NCBI GenBank assembly: GCA_039588295.1
Contig: JBDHAB010000001.1
Span: forward strand, 160,001 to 224,000
Length of the DNA stretch: 64,000 bases
Reading direction: 5' to 3'
Source: Gemmatimonadota bacterium
GTDB lineage: Bacteria; Gemmatimonadota; Gemmatimonadetes; Gemmatimonadales; GWC2-71-9
The translations under genes and the position numbers were made by a program. Within the stretch, counting starts at the first letter, position 1, and each line of letters begins with the position of its first letter. Of the stretch, positions 10,315-20,380 are shown one piece after another. Below the pieces are notes generated by a model that saw nothing but the letters and a program-made list of their open reading frames with translations, did no database searches and was not told where the DNA came from.

Positions 10315-10644
10315 CTAGAACCCGAGGAACGCTCGCACCTTGGGGTCGATCCGTTCCGGTGTCCAATACGGCTCCCACACCAACTCGATCCGCACGTCCT
10401 CGACACCATCCAACGCCCTGATCGCCGTATCGGCGTCGCCCATGATCTGGCCTCCGGCCGGACATCCTGGCGACGTCAGTGTCATCTTGACGTCCACCTT
10501 GCCTTCGTCGACCGAGACGTCGTAAATCAGGCCCAGATCGACGATGTTCAAGCCCGCCTCAGGGTCCTTCACCCGCCTGAGGACCTGATGCACCGCGGCC
10601 TCGTCGACCGTGGGGTGTGCTTCATCGGGTTGTTGTTCTGTCAT
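10315..10644 (-). CDS. DUF59/SufT-like metal-sulfur cluster assembly factor
   Basis: VKDPE, NIVDLGLIY, TLTSPGCP, VWEPYWTP. Confidence 0.92.
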   Translation of the reverse strand: MTEQQPDEAHPTVDEAAVHQVLRRVKDPEAGLNIVDLGLIYDVSVDEGKVDVKMTLTSPGCPAGGQIMGDADTAIRALDGVEDVRIELVWEPYWTPERIDPKVRAFLGF

Positions 10645-10713
10645 CCGATCCCCCGTCCATGACTCTTCCCGCCCATGGGCTCGTCAACGCCACCCCTGAA
10701 CCTACCCACGGGA

Positions 10714-11094
10714 CTACCGCACGGGTCCCCATCGCCGGGCTACCGCCGCGTAGCTGCGCTCGGCCAGCGGCATGACCCCCGGCAGACCAAGTACTGCCCG
10801 CACGATCCATCCACCTCGCAGATAGCGGGACAACTCTCGCACCGCTGCAGCTCCGGCGAACACCGATCCGTCGGGGCGCACAAAATGGGCGGCCTGCCGT
10901 AGCCGCTCTCGCGACTGGCCCGAGAGTGTACTCGCGCGGGGTGCGGCCACAGGGACGAGGCGGACTGCATCACGCCCATCCAACCGCTTGGCCCGGGCTA
11001 CCCACCGCCGGCAGAAACCACACGCGTCATCGTAGATGAGCGTGGGTGCCGCCGGCGCGACCGGTACAGCACCGACGAGCCCGGCGACTAGCAT
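10714..11094 (-). CDS. DCC1-like thiol-disulfide oxidoreductase (DUF393)
   Basis: LIYDDACGFC (DxxCxxC), G.AA, Y..VAR.R. Confidence 0.85.
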   Translation of the reverse strand: MLVAGLVGAVPVAPAAPTLIYDDACGFCRRWVARAKRLDGRDAVRLVPVAAPRASTLSGQSRERLRQAAHFVRPDGSVFAGAAAVRELSRYLRGGWIVRAVLGLPGVMPLAERSYAAVARRWGPVR

Positions 11095-12275
11095 CCGCGT
11101 TCTTCACCCGTACGAAGAATACCGCAGACTTCCTCCCGCAGCGTCAGCGCAGCGTCAGCCACCTGACCGCGGATCCGCCTCAGCTTGGCAACGGACCCCC
11201 CCGTCCGCGGAGCAAACACGCGATTTGTCAGAATGACGACGAACAGCCCATGTACCGGGTCGATCCACACGGACGTGCCGGTGTAGCCCCCATGGCCGAA
11301 GGCAGCCGAAGAGAGTAACGAGCCCGCGCTGCCGACGCTCGTCGTATCCCGAACCTCCCAGCCCAACGCCCGATTCCCTGCGCCGCGCCGCGTGAAGTGT
11401 TGAACGATACCCGGACGGAACAGCCGGACACCGTCAGCCGTCACACCACCGCGCAGGAGCACTTGGGCGTAGCGCGCGAGGTCGACACCCGTGCTGTAGA
11501 GTCCGGCATGACCCGACACTCCACCCAACCGCGCCGCATTCTGGTCGTGCACCTCGCCCGCAATCGCATGCCCCCGCCACAGGCCTACCGGCGCGATGCG
11601 AGCTCGGAGCGACCGTGGGGGTCGGAACAGCGTTTGGGTCATGCCGATCGGCGAGAAGACGCGCTCGGTCACAAAACGGTCGAGCGACGTCCCCACGATG
11701 CGTTCGACAACCCACCCCAGCAGCATCGCGTTCAAGTCACTGTACACGACGCGCCCCCCCGGCTCGAACCGCAAGGGCTCCGACAGCACGAGTTGCCGCG
11801 CTTCTTCGGCAGTCCTGGCTCGCTCATGCAGCGGGAGGAACGCTCGGAGCCCGGATCGGTGTTCGAGAAGGTGACGAACCGTGACACGGTCCTGCGCGTC
11901 CCCCGGAGAGAACTTGGGAAGATAGGCTCCTACCGCGCGATCCAAGTCGAGTCGGTTCTCAAGTGCCAGGATCATCGCGGCCGGCGTCACCGCCACCACT
12001 TTGGTCAGGGACGCGAGGTCGTACAGGGTGCTGTCGGGTCTCGGCGTCGGCGAGTCCGGCGACCACGTGAAGTGACCGTAGCCTCGCGCCAGCAGAACGG
12101 AGTCCGCCGTGCCAATCACGACCACCGCACCCGGAAACACGCCGTCCCGCACCCCATCGGTCATGGCGCGATCAACGGCCTGGCGGGGCCCAACTTGCAG
12201 ACTGAGGGAGAGAGCGAACAGGAAGAGGTTAACGAGCGCCATGATCTGGACCGACAGGTTGCTCTCTTTGGGCAT
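11088..12275 (-). CDS. Serine hydrolase, beta-lactamase class C-like
   Basis: DLASLTK (SxxK), LLEHRSGL, YSD, VHD.NA, GHAG, GHGGYTGT; signal peptide. Confidence 0.9.
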   Translation of the reverse strand: MPKESNLSVQIMALVNLFLFALSLSLQVGPRQAVDRAMTDGVRDGVFPGAVVVIGTADSVLLARGYGHFTWSPDSPTPRPDSTLYDLASLTKVVAVTPAAMILALENRLDLDRAVGAYLPKFSPGDAQDRVTVRHLLEHRSGLRAFLPLHERARTAEEARQLVLSEPLRFEPGGRVVYSDLNAMLLGWVVERIVGTSLDRFVTERVFSPIGMTQTLFRPPRSLRARIAPVGLWRGHAIAGEVHDQNAARLGGVSGHAGLYSTGVDLARYAQVLLRGGVTADGVRLFRPGIVQHFTRRGAGNRALGWEVRDTTSVGSAGSLLSSAAFGHGGYTGTSVWIDPVHGLFVVILTNRVFAPRTGGSVAKLRRIRGQVADAALTLREEVCGILRTGEERGC

Positions 12276-12363
12276 ACCGCGTGTTTCGCGTCAGGATCCA
12301 CCCCCCGGTTGCGCAAAGGACTTGACCTATTGTAGTACGCTGACGATAACACACACAACTCTG

Positions 12364-13860
12364 ATGGAACGGTCGCTTGTGAGCCGAGCCTCGTGCTGCT
12401 TCACACTCCTCACACTCTCTCTTGCGTTGCCTGACGCCAGGGCGCAGGCACCAGTCGTCGATACGTTGGCGATCAAGGCGCACACATACTTCCTCGCACA
12501 CGATCTGTTGCGCGGACGGGCGGCGGGCACGCGTGACGCACAGCTGGCCGCGCTCTACATCGCGAGTCAGTGTCGAACGCTCGGCCTCACTCCCCTTGGC
12601 GACGAGTATCTACAGGTGGTGCCGCTCGAACGGGCCTCGATCGGAAGCGGATCCAGCCTCACACTGACATCCCCGCGTGGTCACGTTGCGTTCGGCTACC
12701 CCACCGACTTCCTCCCGAACGTCGGGGCGCAGCCGACGTTGGTCGACTTCGCCGGCCTCGCTGTGTTCGCAGGCAGTGAACGAGAGATTACTCGAGGCGC
12801 CCTCGGCAACGCCGACGTTCGCGGGAGGGTCGTCGTGACCGCAGGGCTCGTGCGCGGTGCCGCCGCCGACACATTGGTCGCGCGCGGGGCTGCGGCGATG
12901 CTCCACTTGATTCCGGACCAGGAGACCTTCGAGTTGTATGTCCGCAGCCGCGGGCCAACGAGGCTCTACCACCGCGATTCAGCGGTCCGATCATCGTTTC
13001 TGCCACGATTGCCTTCGGTGATCGGTGGCCCGCGCGTGGCGGGTACGCTGTTGTCGGCAGCGACCCTGAATCGAGATGGCAAGCCGTTGCCTCAACTGCT
13101 CGACTGGACCGTCGGGGTTGAACTCGCGCTCGAAACCGAACCAGTCGACGATGTGAATGTGGGATGCCGGTTGCGTGGCACGGCTGCTCGAGATCGCGAC
13201 ACGGCAGTCGTGCTGACAGCGCATTACGACCACCTTGGGGTGAGCGTTCCGGACGCCTCGGGCGATTCCGTCTACAACGGGTTCTCGGACAACGCTGCCG
13301 GCGTGGGGATGCTGCTTGCTGTGGCCGAGGCCCTCGTACGGCATCGCCCGCTTCGCCACTCGGTGCTGTTCCTGTTCCCCGCGGCCGAAGAGCGCGGCCT
13401 CCTGGGATCCGACTACTACGTCACCCATCCACTGTGGCCCCTCAATCGCACGGCCGCAGTCATCAATCTCGATGCTGGCGCGCCGCCCGGCCTACCGGTG
13501 AGTTGGCGGCTCGCGGGAGTCGACAGCGCCGGGCTTGGCGGACTGGCGATCGCGGTCGCCGACGGCATGGGGTGGCAGGTCAGGACCTCGGCTGCGCGCC
13601 CGAACTCCGACTATTTCCCGTTCCATCGGGAGGGCGTGCCCGCCGTGTTCATCATTCCGGGGTCCGAGCCCTACGACGGTCTCTCATCGGACAGCAGCAA
13701 CGCGCTTCGGCGACGCTGGGACCACTATCATCGGGCCAGTGATCACTGGTCCGACGCGTTCCCCTTCGGCGGGCTCGGACGGTACGCCGAGTTCGCCTTG
13801 CGGATCGTTCTCGCGGCTGGCGGTGACTCGACGGCGCTCGACCCCCCACCTCGGCGCTGA
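12364..13860 (+). CDS. M28 family metallopeptidase with PA insert
   Basis: AHYDHLG, NGFSDNAAG, AEERGLLGS, NLD, SDY, YH; signal peptide. Confidence 0.9.
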   Translation: MERSLVSRASCCFTLLTLSLALPDARAQAPVVDTLAIKAHTYFLAHDLLRGRAAGTRDAQLAALYIASQCRTLGLTPLGDEYLQVVPLERASIGSGSSLTLTSPRGHVAFGYPTDFLPNVGAQPTLVDFAGLAVFAGSEREITRGALGNADVRGRVVVTAGLVRGAAADTLVARGAAAMLHLIPDQETFELYVRSRGPTRLYHRDSAVRSSFLPRLPSVIGGPRVAGTLLSAATLNRDGKPLPQLLDWTVGVELALETEPVDDVNVGCRLRGTAARDRDTAVVLTAHYDHLGVSVPDASGDSVYNGFSDNAAGVGMLLAVAEALVRHRPLRHSVLFLFPAAEERGLLGSDYYVTHPLWPLNRTAAVINLDAGAPPGLPVSWRLAGVDSAGLGGLAIAVADGMGWQVRTSAARPNSDYFPFHREGVPAVFIIPGSEPYDGLSSDSSNALRRRWDHYHRASDHWSDAFPFGGLGRYAEFALRIVLAAGGDSTALDPPPRR

Positions 13861-14030
13861 CCAGTCCGTCGCGATGCAAGCTCCTGGCATCACGGGGCTT
13901 GGGGGTCTATCATTCCCATCTCTTTGTTCTCCCCGGTGGTACGAGACAGCAAGCTGATCAGAGTGACGATCTCGACAATCTGCGTGGTGTGGTGTGGCGG
14001 CGGCGCGGCGTCGAGCGCCAGGAGCACGCC

Positions 14031-16364
14031 GTGATTCCGCGGCTGTGCCGCGCCATCGTTCGCTTCCGTCTTGCGCTCATTGCGGTCTGGTTGCTCCTCG
14101 CGGCACTGGCGTTGCCGCGTGCGCTCCATGTGCATGACGTTCTGCGTGTCGAAGGTGAAACGCTGTACGAAACCGAGTCGAAACGCGCCACCGATCTCAT
14201 CACGGGCGCGTTTCCGTCTCCGGTGACCGATTTCTTCATCGTCACTATGAGCGGCTCCGTACCGATCGACAGCCTTCCGTATCGGGCCCTGCTGGATTCG
14301 CTCACCTTGCAGGCTCGGCTCGAGCCCTACATCGGGCAGGTGCTCTCTTTCCTCACGGCTCGCGACACGACGCTGCTCAGCGCGGACCGTCGAACCACCT
14401 TCTTCGTCGCGGCGGTGCAGACGAACCTGAGCCAGAGTCCGGTCGATCTCGTGCCACCGTTCCGCGACGCAATCCACGGCACCCTCAACCGGATTTCCTG
14501 GGCGGCGGACTACGAAGTGCACGTGACCGGCGGTCCGGCGCTCGAATACGACCTCCGCACCGTCAGCAAAGAGGACACGCGTCGGGGTGAGCGGAAGGCG
14601 TTACCCATCGCGGCTATTGTCCTCGTGCTCGCGTTCGGCGCGCTCGTGGCTGCAATGCTCCCACTCTTCGTCGGAGTCCTGGCGATCGTGTGCGCGCTCG
14701 GCATCGTGCACGTCGTGGCCGCGTTCTATCCGATGTCCATTTTCGTGTTGACGATCGTGTCGATGGTCGGCCTGGGTGTCGGGATCGACTATTCCCTCTT
14801 CATCGTCACGCGATTCCGCGAGGAACTGAACCGCGGGCGCGGGCCCAGGGAGGCAGCAGAGCGGACGATCCTGACGGCGGGCCGCGCCGTCGTGACCAGC
14901 GGGCTTACCGTGATGCTCGGTTTCGGCGCGCTCCTCGTCACCCCCACCGCCGATACCCGCTCGGTTGGCGTAGGCGGCTTGGCCGTCGTTGCCGTTGCGG
15001 TGCTGCTCTCCGTGACGTTGCTCCCCGGAGCGCTCTCCCTGATCGGCCGCGCAATCGACCGGCCCCGCTGGCTCGCGAAACGCCTCGCATGGTACCACGC
15101 GCCCACCGGCTGGGAGCGGTGGGCCAGGTGGCTCGGCCATCACCCGTGGCGCGCCCTGGTATTGGGCGGCATCGTCGTGGGCACCATCACCTGGCCGCTG
15201 GCACAGATCCGCATCGGCCTTCCCCGAGAGGGCTGGTTTCCGTCCAACACCGAGTCCACCGACGGGGTGCGCGCGCTCGATGCAATTGGTGCACGCGGCG
15301 CGCTCCAGCCGATACGGCTGGTCGTGCAGGCCCCGGAAGCGGAACGCATTGTGGGAACCCGATTCCTCCGTGGGCTCAAGCGCCTGTCCGATTCTTTGCG
15401 GGCCGACCGCCGCGTAGCGCAGGTCCGAAGCGTGGTCGATATCGAGCCCGGCATGTCGGCGCTGCGCTATTCAATGCTCTACGGCGACCTCGAGGCCGCA
15501 CGCAATCGCGCGCCGGAGTTCTATGGAGCCTATCTCTCCGAAGACGGCCGAACAACGCTGGTCGACGCGATCCTCCACGACACGACCTCGACTACGGGTT
15601 CCATGGACGTCGTGCGACGCATTCGGCAGCTGACCACTGCTGGAATCACCGGTCTCGACTCCGTCAGCGTGTTCGTCGGGGGGTTCCAGGCCAGCAGCGT
15701 GGACCTCCAAGACACCGTGCTCCGACAGTTTCCCACGGTGATCGTTCTCGTCCTCGTCACAACCGCCCTGATGTTGTTCGTCGCATTCCAATCGATTCTC
15801 GTTCCGATCAAGGCCGTCGTGATGAACTGCCTTTCTGTGGCGGGGGCGTTCGGGATGTTGGTGTTTGTCTTTCAACACGGGTTCGGCGCGCAATTGTTCG
15901 GCCTGGCACGCGGAACCGAGGCCATCTACGTCATCGTCCCGATCCTGGTGTTTGCCGTCGTGTTTGGCCTGAGCATGGACTACGAGGTGTTCCTGCTCTC
16001 ACGCATCAAGGAGGCGGTCGACCGCACCGGGCGCAACGACCAGGCAACGATGGAAGGCCTGACGGCGACGGCGTCGGTCATCACCAGCGCCGCCGCAATC
16101 ATGATCATCGTCTTCGGCACCTTCAGCTTCTCGCGGGTCCTCGCGGCTCAGCTCCTCGGGTTCGGGTTGGCCGCAGCCGTCCTGCTCGATGCCACACTGG
16201 TGCGCATGGTGTTGGTGCCGGCCTTCATGCACATTGCCGGCAGCTGGAACTGGTGGCCGGGTATACGGCGGCCTAGGGACCGGACCGAGGACGGTCCCGG
16301 GCGGACGCCGACGGAACCCGAGGCCCTGCCAGCAGAAATGCCCGATTCAGACGAGGACCCCTGA
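14031..16364 (+). CDS. MMPL-family (RND superfamily) transporter
   Basis: VTGG, GVGIDYSLF..RFREE, FGLSMDYEVFLLSRI, DATLVR; AGGAG before GTG 14031. Confidence 0.93.
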   Translation: MIPRLCRAIVRFRLALIAVWLLLAALALPRALHVHDVLRVEGETLYETESKRATDLITGAFPSPVTDFFIVTMSGSVPIDSLPYRALLDSLTLQARLEPYIGQVLSFLTARDTTLLSADRRTTFFVAAVQTNLSQSPVDLVPPFRDAIHGTLNRISWAADYEVHVTGGPALEYDLRTVSKEDTRRGERKALPIAAIVLVLAFGALVAAMLPLFVGVLAIVCALGIVHVVAAFYPMSIFVLTIVSMVGLGVGIDYSLFIVTRFREELNRGRGPREAAERTILTAGRAVVTSGLTVMLGFGALLVTPTADTRSVGVGGLAVVAVAVLLSVTLLPGALSLIGRAIDRPRWLAKRLAWYHAPTGWERWARWLGHHPWRALVLGGIVVGTITWPLAQIRIGLPREGWFPSNTESTDGVRALDAIGARGALQPIRLVVQAPEAERIVGTRFLRGLKRLSDSLRADRRVAQVRSVVDIEPGMSALRYSMLYGDLEAARNRAPEFYGAYLSEDGRTTLVDAILHDTTSTTGSMDVVRRIRQLTTAGITGLDSVSVFVGGFQASSVDLQDTVLRQFPTVIVLVLVTTALMLFVAFQSILVPIKAVVMNCLSVAGAFGMLVFVFQHGFGAQLFGLARGTEAIYVIVPILVFAVVFGLSMDYEVFLLSRIKEAVDRTGRNDQATMEGLTATASVITSAAAIMIIVFGTFSFSRVLAAQLLGFGLAAAVLLDATLVRMVLVPAFMHIAGSWNWWPGIRRPRDRTEDGPGRTPTEPEALPAEMPDSDEDP

Positions 16365-16599
16365 GGTCCCAGTGCCAAGCCGCGACTCGCGCGCCGGTAC
16401 GAGGGTGTTTGAGCGGTCGGTACTGCAACCATTCCGGTCGCATGCCGAGGCGCTCACCGGCCCGCAGCAGCGCCGCGCGATCGGACGACACCAAGTGGGC
16501 CCACTGTTCCCCGCGCAGCGTGAACGGGTGGAGCCAGAGGCCGCCGCCCAGCGCGTGGGCAACCCCTTCACGCCAGAGCGCAGACCGCCGCCACGTCAT
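16273..16599 (-). CDS. DUF4031-like small protein
   Basis: WAHLVS...LG....WLQ....WHWDL pattern; TGATG coupling to the pilin gene. Confidence 0.6.
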   Translation of the reverse strand: MTWRRSALWREGVAHALGGGLWLHPFTLRGEQWAHLVSSDRAALLRAGERLGMRPEWLQYRPLKHPRTGARVAAWHWDLRGPRLNRAFLLAGPRVPSASARDRPRSGP

Positions 16600-16997
16600 C
16601 ACCCGCAGTCGATCCGGCCCGCCTCCGAAGCCGAGCCGACCGGAGCGGCGAACCCGACGAACAGGTGACACTGCCGCAGCGTGGCCGAGTGAGAGGCCGT
16701 CACCGACCAGCCGATTGCCGTGGCCTCGCGGACTTGGATTACCACGTTGGGGCTCGTGACCAAGCCTCGCGCAGACAACACACCGAGATCCGCCGTGTAG
16801 CCGGTGACGTCGTAGAAGTACGACTCCTCGATCACCGCCAAGTTCCTTATGTCGGACTTCAGCATGGTCACATAGCCCCGCTCCCTCAAACCGCGGTACT
16901 GCGGCACGACAATCGCCGCGAGGAGCGCGACGATGGTCATCGCCATCAGGAGCTCGATCAGCGTGAATCCGACAGACCTTCGGCGCGAAGGTTTCAT
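16599..16997 (-). CDS. Type IV pilin-like protein
   Basis: Prepilin cleavage motif RRSVG|FTLIELL followed by a hydrophobic helix; two C-terminal cysteines. Confidence 0.88.
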   Translation of the reverse strand: MKPSRRRSVGFTLIELLMAMTIVALLAAIVVPQYRGLRERGYVTMLKSDIRNLAVIEESYFYDVTGYTADLGVLSARGLVTSPNVVIQVREATAIGWSVTASHSATLRQCHLFVGFAAPVGSASEAGRIDCG

Positions 16998-17039
16998 ACT
17001 GGGGGAAGATGCCCACGGCACCTAGGTCGTGACAACCGC

Positions 17040-19796
17040 CTAGGACTTGGCCTCGAGCCAGTTGGGGCCAACTCCGATGTCGACGAGGAGCGGCACGGAC
17101 AACTCCGCGGCACCCACCATCTCCCGCCTCACGATCTCGCTCGTCTCGGTCACCTCGTCGACCGGCGACTCCAGCACCAACTCATCGTGCACCTGCAACA
17201 GAATGCCACTTGTCAGCCGTGCCTCCCAGAGGACCCGATCTATGTTGATCATCGCCCGCTTGATCAGATCGGCCGCGGAACCCTGCAGCGGTGAGTTCAT
17301 CGCCACACGTTCCCCGAACGTCCGGATGCTGTAGCTTCGGTCCTTTAACTCTGGGATGTAGCGCCGACGCCCGAACAGCGTTTCCACATACCCGTCCTCG
17401 CGGGCGCGCGCGATACAGTCATCGAGAAAACGGCGCACGCCCCGAAACCGCTCGAAATACCGGTCAATGAACTCCCGCGCTTCCTCCTGCGAGATGCTCA
17501 GCTGCCGGCTCAGCGCGAACGCTCCCTGCCCGTAGATCGTGGCGAAGTTGATCGTCTTGGCCTGAGCCCGCATCTCCGATGTCACGCCGTCGAGCGACAC
17601 GTCGAAAATGATGGCCGCCGTTTCGCGGTGAATGTCACCCCCACGTTGGAACGCATCGATGAATGCTTCGTCCTGAGACAGGTGGGCGAGCAGCCGAAGC
17701 TCGATCTGCGAATAATCAGCGACAACGAGCTGCGCACCGGACACCGGCACGAAACAGCGACGGATTTGTTCGCCCCGGGTTGTGCGAACCGGGATGTTTT
17801 GCAGGTTGGGTTCCGACGAGGACAGCCGACCCGTCGCCGCACCGGTCTGACTGAAATCCGTGTGGATTCGGCCCGTGGCCGGGTTCACGCGCTGTGGCAG
17901 CACATCCACGTACGTCGAGCACAGTTTCGCCAGCTCCCGATACGCCAGAAGCAGTCGGGGCAGCTCATGCCCCATGGCCGCGAGTTCGCTCAGCACATCC
18001 GCATCGGTCGAGGGTCCGGTCTTCGTCTTCTTGAGCACCGGCAGTCCCAGCTTTTCGAACAGCACGTGCCGTAGCTGGGGTGTGCTGTTGATGTTGAACT
18101 CCGTGCCCGCTGCGTCACGGATCGCCTTGCTGATCTCGTCCAGTTCCGCCCCGAACTGTTTGGAGAGCTCGCCCAGCAGCCCCGTGTCGACCGCGATGCC
18201 CCGCCACTCCATATCAGCCAACACTTCGATCAGCGGGAGCTCCAATTCCTCGAGCAACGCAAGGAGTTCCTGTTGCACGAGCTGGGGGCGGAAGCAGTCC
18301 TGAAGGGCGAGTACGGCAAGTGCTGCCTCGCCGCAGAATGCTGCTGTTTGCTCAGGCGAGACCTCGCCCAACGAACGACCCGACTTGCCCTTTCCGAGCA
18401 GGGCCTCGGACGACCGGAGCCGGGTGCCTAGGTGTTCCAGTGCGAGGTCCTCGAGCGCGTGTGACCGTCGCCCCGGGTCGAGCACGAAGCTTGCCAGCAT
18501 CGAGTCGAACTCGACGCCGGCGAACTCCACCCCCGCGCGACGAAATACGAGCCGCAGATGCTTCACATCATGCCCGGCCTTTCGGTGCCCCGCATCCTCC
18601 AGCAACTCGACAAGGGGGGCCATGCGTGGATCATTCAGTGGTGGAAGACCAACGTGCGCCTGCCCCCCGACCAGATCGCCCTGGGCCGGCTGATGTGCCA
18701 GCGGGAAGTACCATGCCCGCTCACCCAGCGACGCGAGCGCCAGGCCGACCAACTCACCTTGCAACGGATCCGGTCCGGTCGCTGCGACGGCGACGGCCGA
18801 GACCGCGCCGCCCCGTCCCGCTTCCACCACCGAGCCGATCTCGTCGACCCGCACGATGTGAACTGCCCGAGCGGGGGACGTCGGCGTCCGCGTCGCCCGG
18901 ACCTCCAGCTTCTGTTGGAGGGAGTGAAACTCGAGCTCTGCATACAACTCCCCGAGCGCTTCATCGTTGCGCGGCCGGGACCTGAACGCCTCGAGATCGA
19001 GGACCACGGGGACATCGCGGTGGATCGTTACCAGCTGGCGACTCAGCTGAGCGTTGTCTCCCTGTCCGAGCAGCGCTTCACGGGCACGCTTTCCCTTCAC
19101 TTCACCGGCGTGCGAGAGGATGGACTCGAGGTCGCCAAACGTCTCGATCAACGCACGCGCCGTCTTGTCGCCAATCCCCCGAACACCCGGCACGTTGTCG
19201 GAGGAGTCACCCACGAGCGCCAGGTAGTCGATCACCTGTTCCGGCGGAACGCCGAGTCGTTCGTGGGCGTTCGAGCGATCGACCCAGTGCTCCTCCACCC
19301 CGCCAGGTCCCCGGCGTCCCGGGTTCAAGAGCGAGACACGGGGGCCAATGAGCTGATAGAAATCTTTGTCACCCGACACAATCACGACGTCGATGCCGGC
19401 GTCGGCCCCCTGCGTCGCCAGCGTGCCAATCACGTCGTCGGCCTCGTACCCGTCGACCGTCACGAGCGAGACGGAGAAACGCCGTAGTAGCTCCTCGATC
19501 CGTTCGACCGAACGATCGAAGTCCTCTTGCAGCTCGTCGTCGAGCTTCTCGCGGGTTGCTTTGTAGTCGGCGAACACCTCGGTGCGGAAGGACGTCCCCG
19601 CGTCATGCACCCACGCGACGTATTGGGGGTCGTGCTCGGCAAAAAGCCGATGGAGGAAGTTGGCGACCCCCCACGCGGCAGAGGTGTTCTCACCACGACT
19701 GGTCCGGAGCGGGCGGCTGATCATCGCGAAGAACGCCCGGTAGATCAGGGCGTAGCCGTCGATGAGGAAGAGTCTGGGCAACGAGCCCTGCGGCAT
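17040..19796 (-). CDS. polA: DNA polymerase I
   Basis: 5'-3' exonuclease motifs (LIDG, EADD, SGDKD, GDSSDN); ATGRLSS, DYSQIELR, QVHDEL. Confidence 0.98.
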   Translation of the reverse strand: MPQGSLPRLFLIDGYALIYRAFFAMISRPLRTSRGENTSAAWGVANFLHRLFAEHDPQYVAWVHDAGTSFRTEVFADYKATREKLDDELQEDFDRSVERIEELLRRFSVSLVTVDGYEADDVIGTLATQGADAGIDVVIVSGDKDFYQLIGPRVSLLNPGRRGPGGVEEHWVDRSNAHERLGVPPEQVIDYLALVGDSSDNVPGVRGIGDKTARALIETFGDLESILSHAGEVKGKRAREALLGQGDNAQLSRQLVTIHRDVPVVLDLEAFRSRPRNDEALGELYAELEFHSLQQKLEVRATRTPTSPARAVHIVRVDEIGSVVEAGRGGAVSAVAVAATGPDPLQGELVGLALASLGERAWYFPLAHQPAQGDLVGGQAHVGLPPLNDPRMAPLVELLEDAGHRKAGHDVKHLRLVFRRAGVEFAGVEFDSMLASFVLDPGRRSHALEDLALEHLGTRLRSSEALLGKGKSGRSLGEVSPEQTAAFCGEAALAVLALQDCFRPQLVQQELLALLEELELPLIEVLADMEWRGIAVDTGLLGELSKQFGAELDEISKAIRDAAGTEFNINSTPQLRHVLFEKLGLPVLKKTKTGPSTDADVLSELAAMGHELPRLLLAYRELAKLCSTYVDVLPQRVNPATGRIHTDFSQTGAATGRLSSSEPNLQNIPVRTTRGEQIRRCFVPVSGAQLVVADYSQIELRLLAHLSQDEAFIDAFQRGGDIHRETAAIIFDVSLDGVTSEMRAQAKTINFATIYGQGAFALSRQLSISQEEAREFIDRYFERFRGVRRFLDDCIARAREDGYVETLFGRRRYIPELKDRSYSIRTFGERVAMNSPLQGSAADLIKRAMINIDRVLWEARLTSGILLQVHDELVLESPVDEVTETSEIVRREMVGAAELSVPLLVDIGVGPNWLEAKS

Positions 19797-19834
19797 GCGG
19801 GTGAAGATAGTGCGTGGAGCCTAGGCGTGCGTGG

Positions 19835-20380
19835 CTACTGGAACCATGCCACGGTTGCCGCGACCGCCGGTGCGACGACGAGGTTGTCATCCACCGGTGC
19901 CACCCAGCGTTCGACGGCGGTCGCCACCGCAGCAGCGCCCACCACCAGGGACCACGGAACGCCGCACGCCGCCAGGACGGCTGCGGCCACGACCAGGTGC
20001 GCGGCGCTGCCTCGCCACGTCTTCCCGCGGCGAGCTGGTGCGGTGGACCCAATCCAGGACGCCGCCGGATCGGCGGTAGCGCTCACGAGAATACCGGCGA
20101 CCGACGCTGGCGGCGCAAACAACGCCGCCAGCGCATACCCGACCGCGAGCCACATGGCGCCGCTGGGTCGCTCTCCCTCGGCCGCCCGGTAGACGGGCAC
20201 GGCAGACATCAGCGCTCGCCCGATCCGCGGCACCCGGAGGCGCACCGCTTCCACCACGACGGCCAGCAGGGCGGCACCGAAAATCACGTTGCGGCAAACA
20301 GTCCACGACATCCACGGAACAAGCAGCAGCACGGCCGCGCTCGCGGTATGTAGCGTTCGGCGCAACACTCCGTCGGTCAC
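19835..20380 (-). CDS. Dolichol/phytol kinase-like membrane protein (CTP transferase 1 superfamily)
   Basis: RRTLH, AD.AAS.IG, GKTWRGS, DDNLVV; GTGA overlap with the upstream gene. Confidence 0.75.
   Translation of the reverse strand: MTDGVLRRTLHTASAAVLLLVPWMSWTVCRNVIFGAALLAVVVEAVRLRVPRIGRALMSAVPVYRAAEGERPSGAMWLAVGYALAALFAPPASVAGILVSATADPAASWIGSTAPARRGKTWRGSAAHLVVAAAVLAACGVPWSLVVGAAAVATAVERWVAPVDDNLVVAPAVAATVAWFQ

Noticed and set aside
13874..14030. Leader peptide upstream of the MMPL gene
   Set aside because: Short ORFs lack an RBS or attenuator structure
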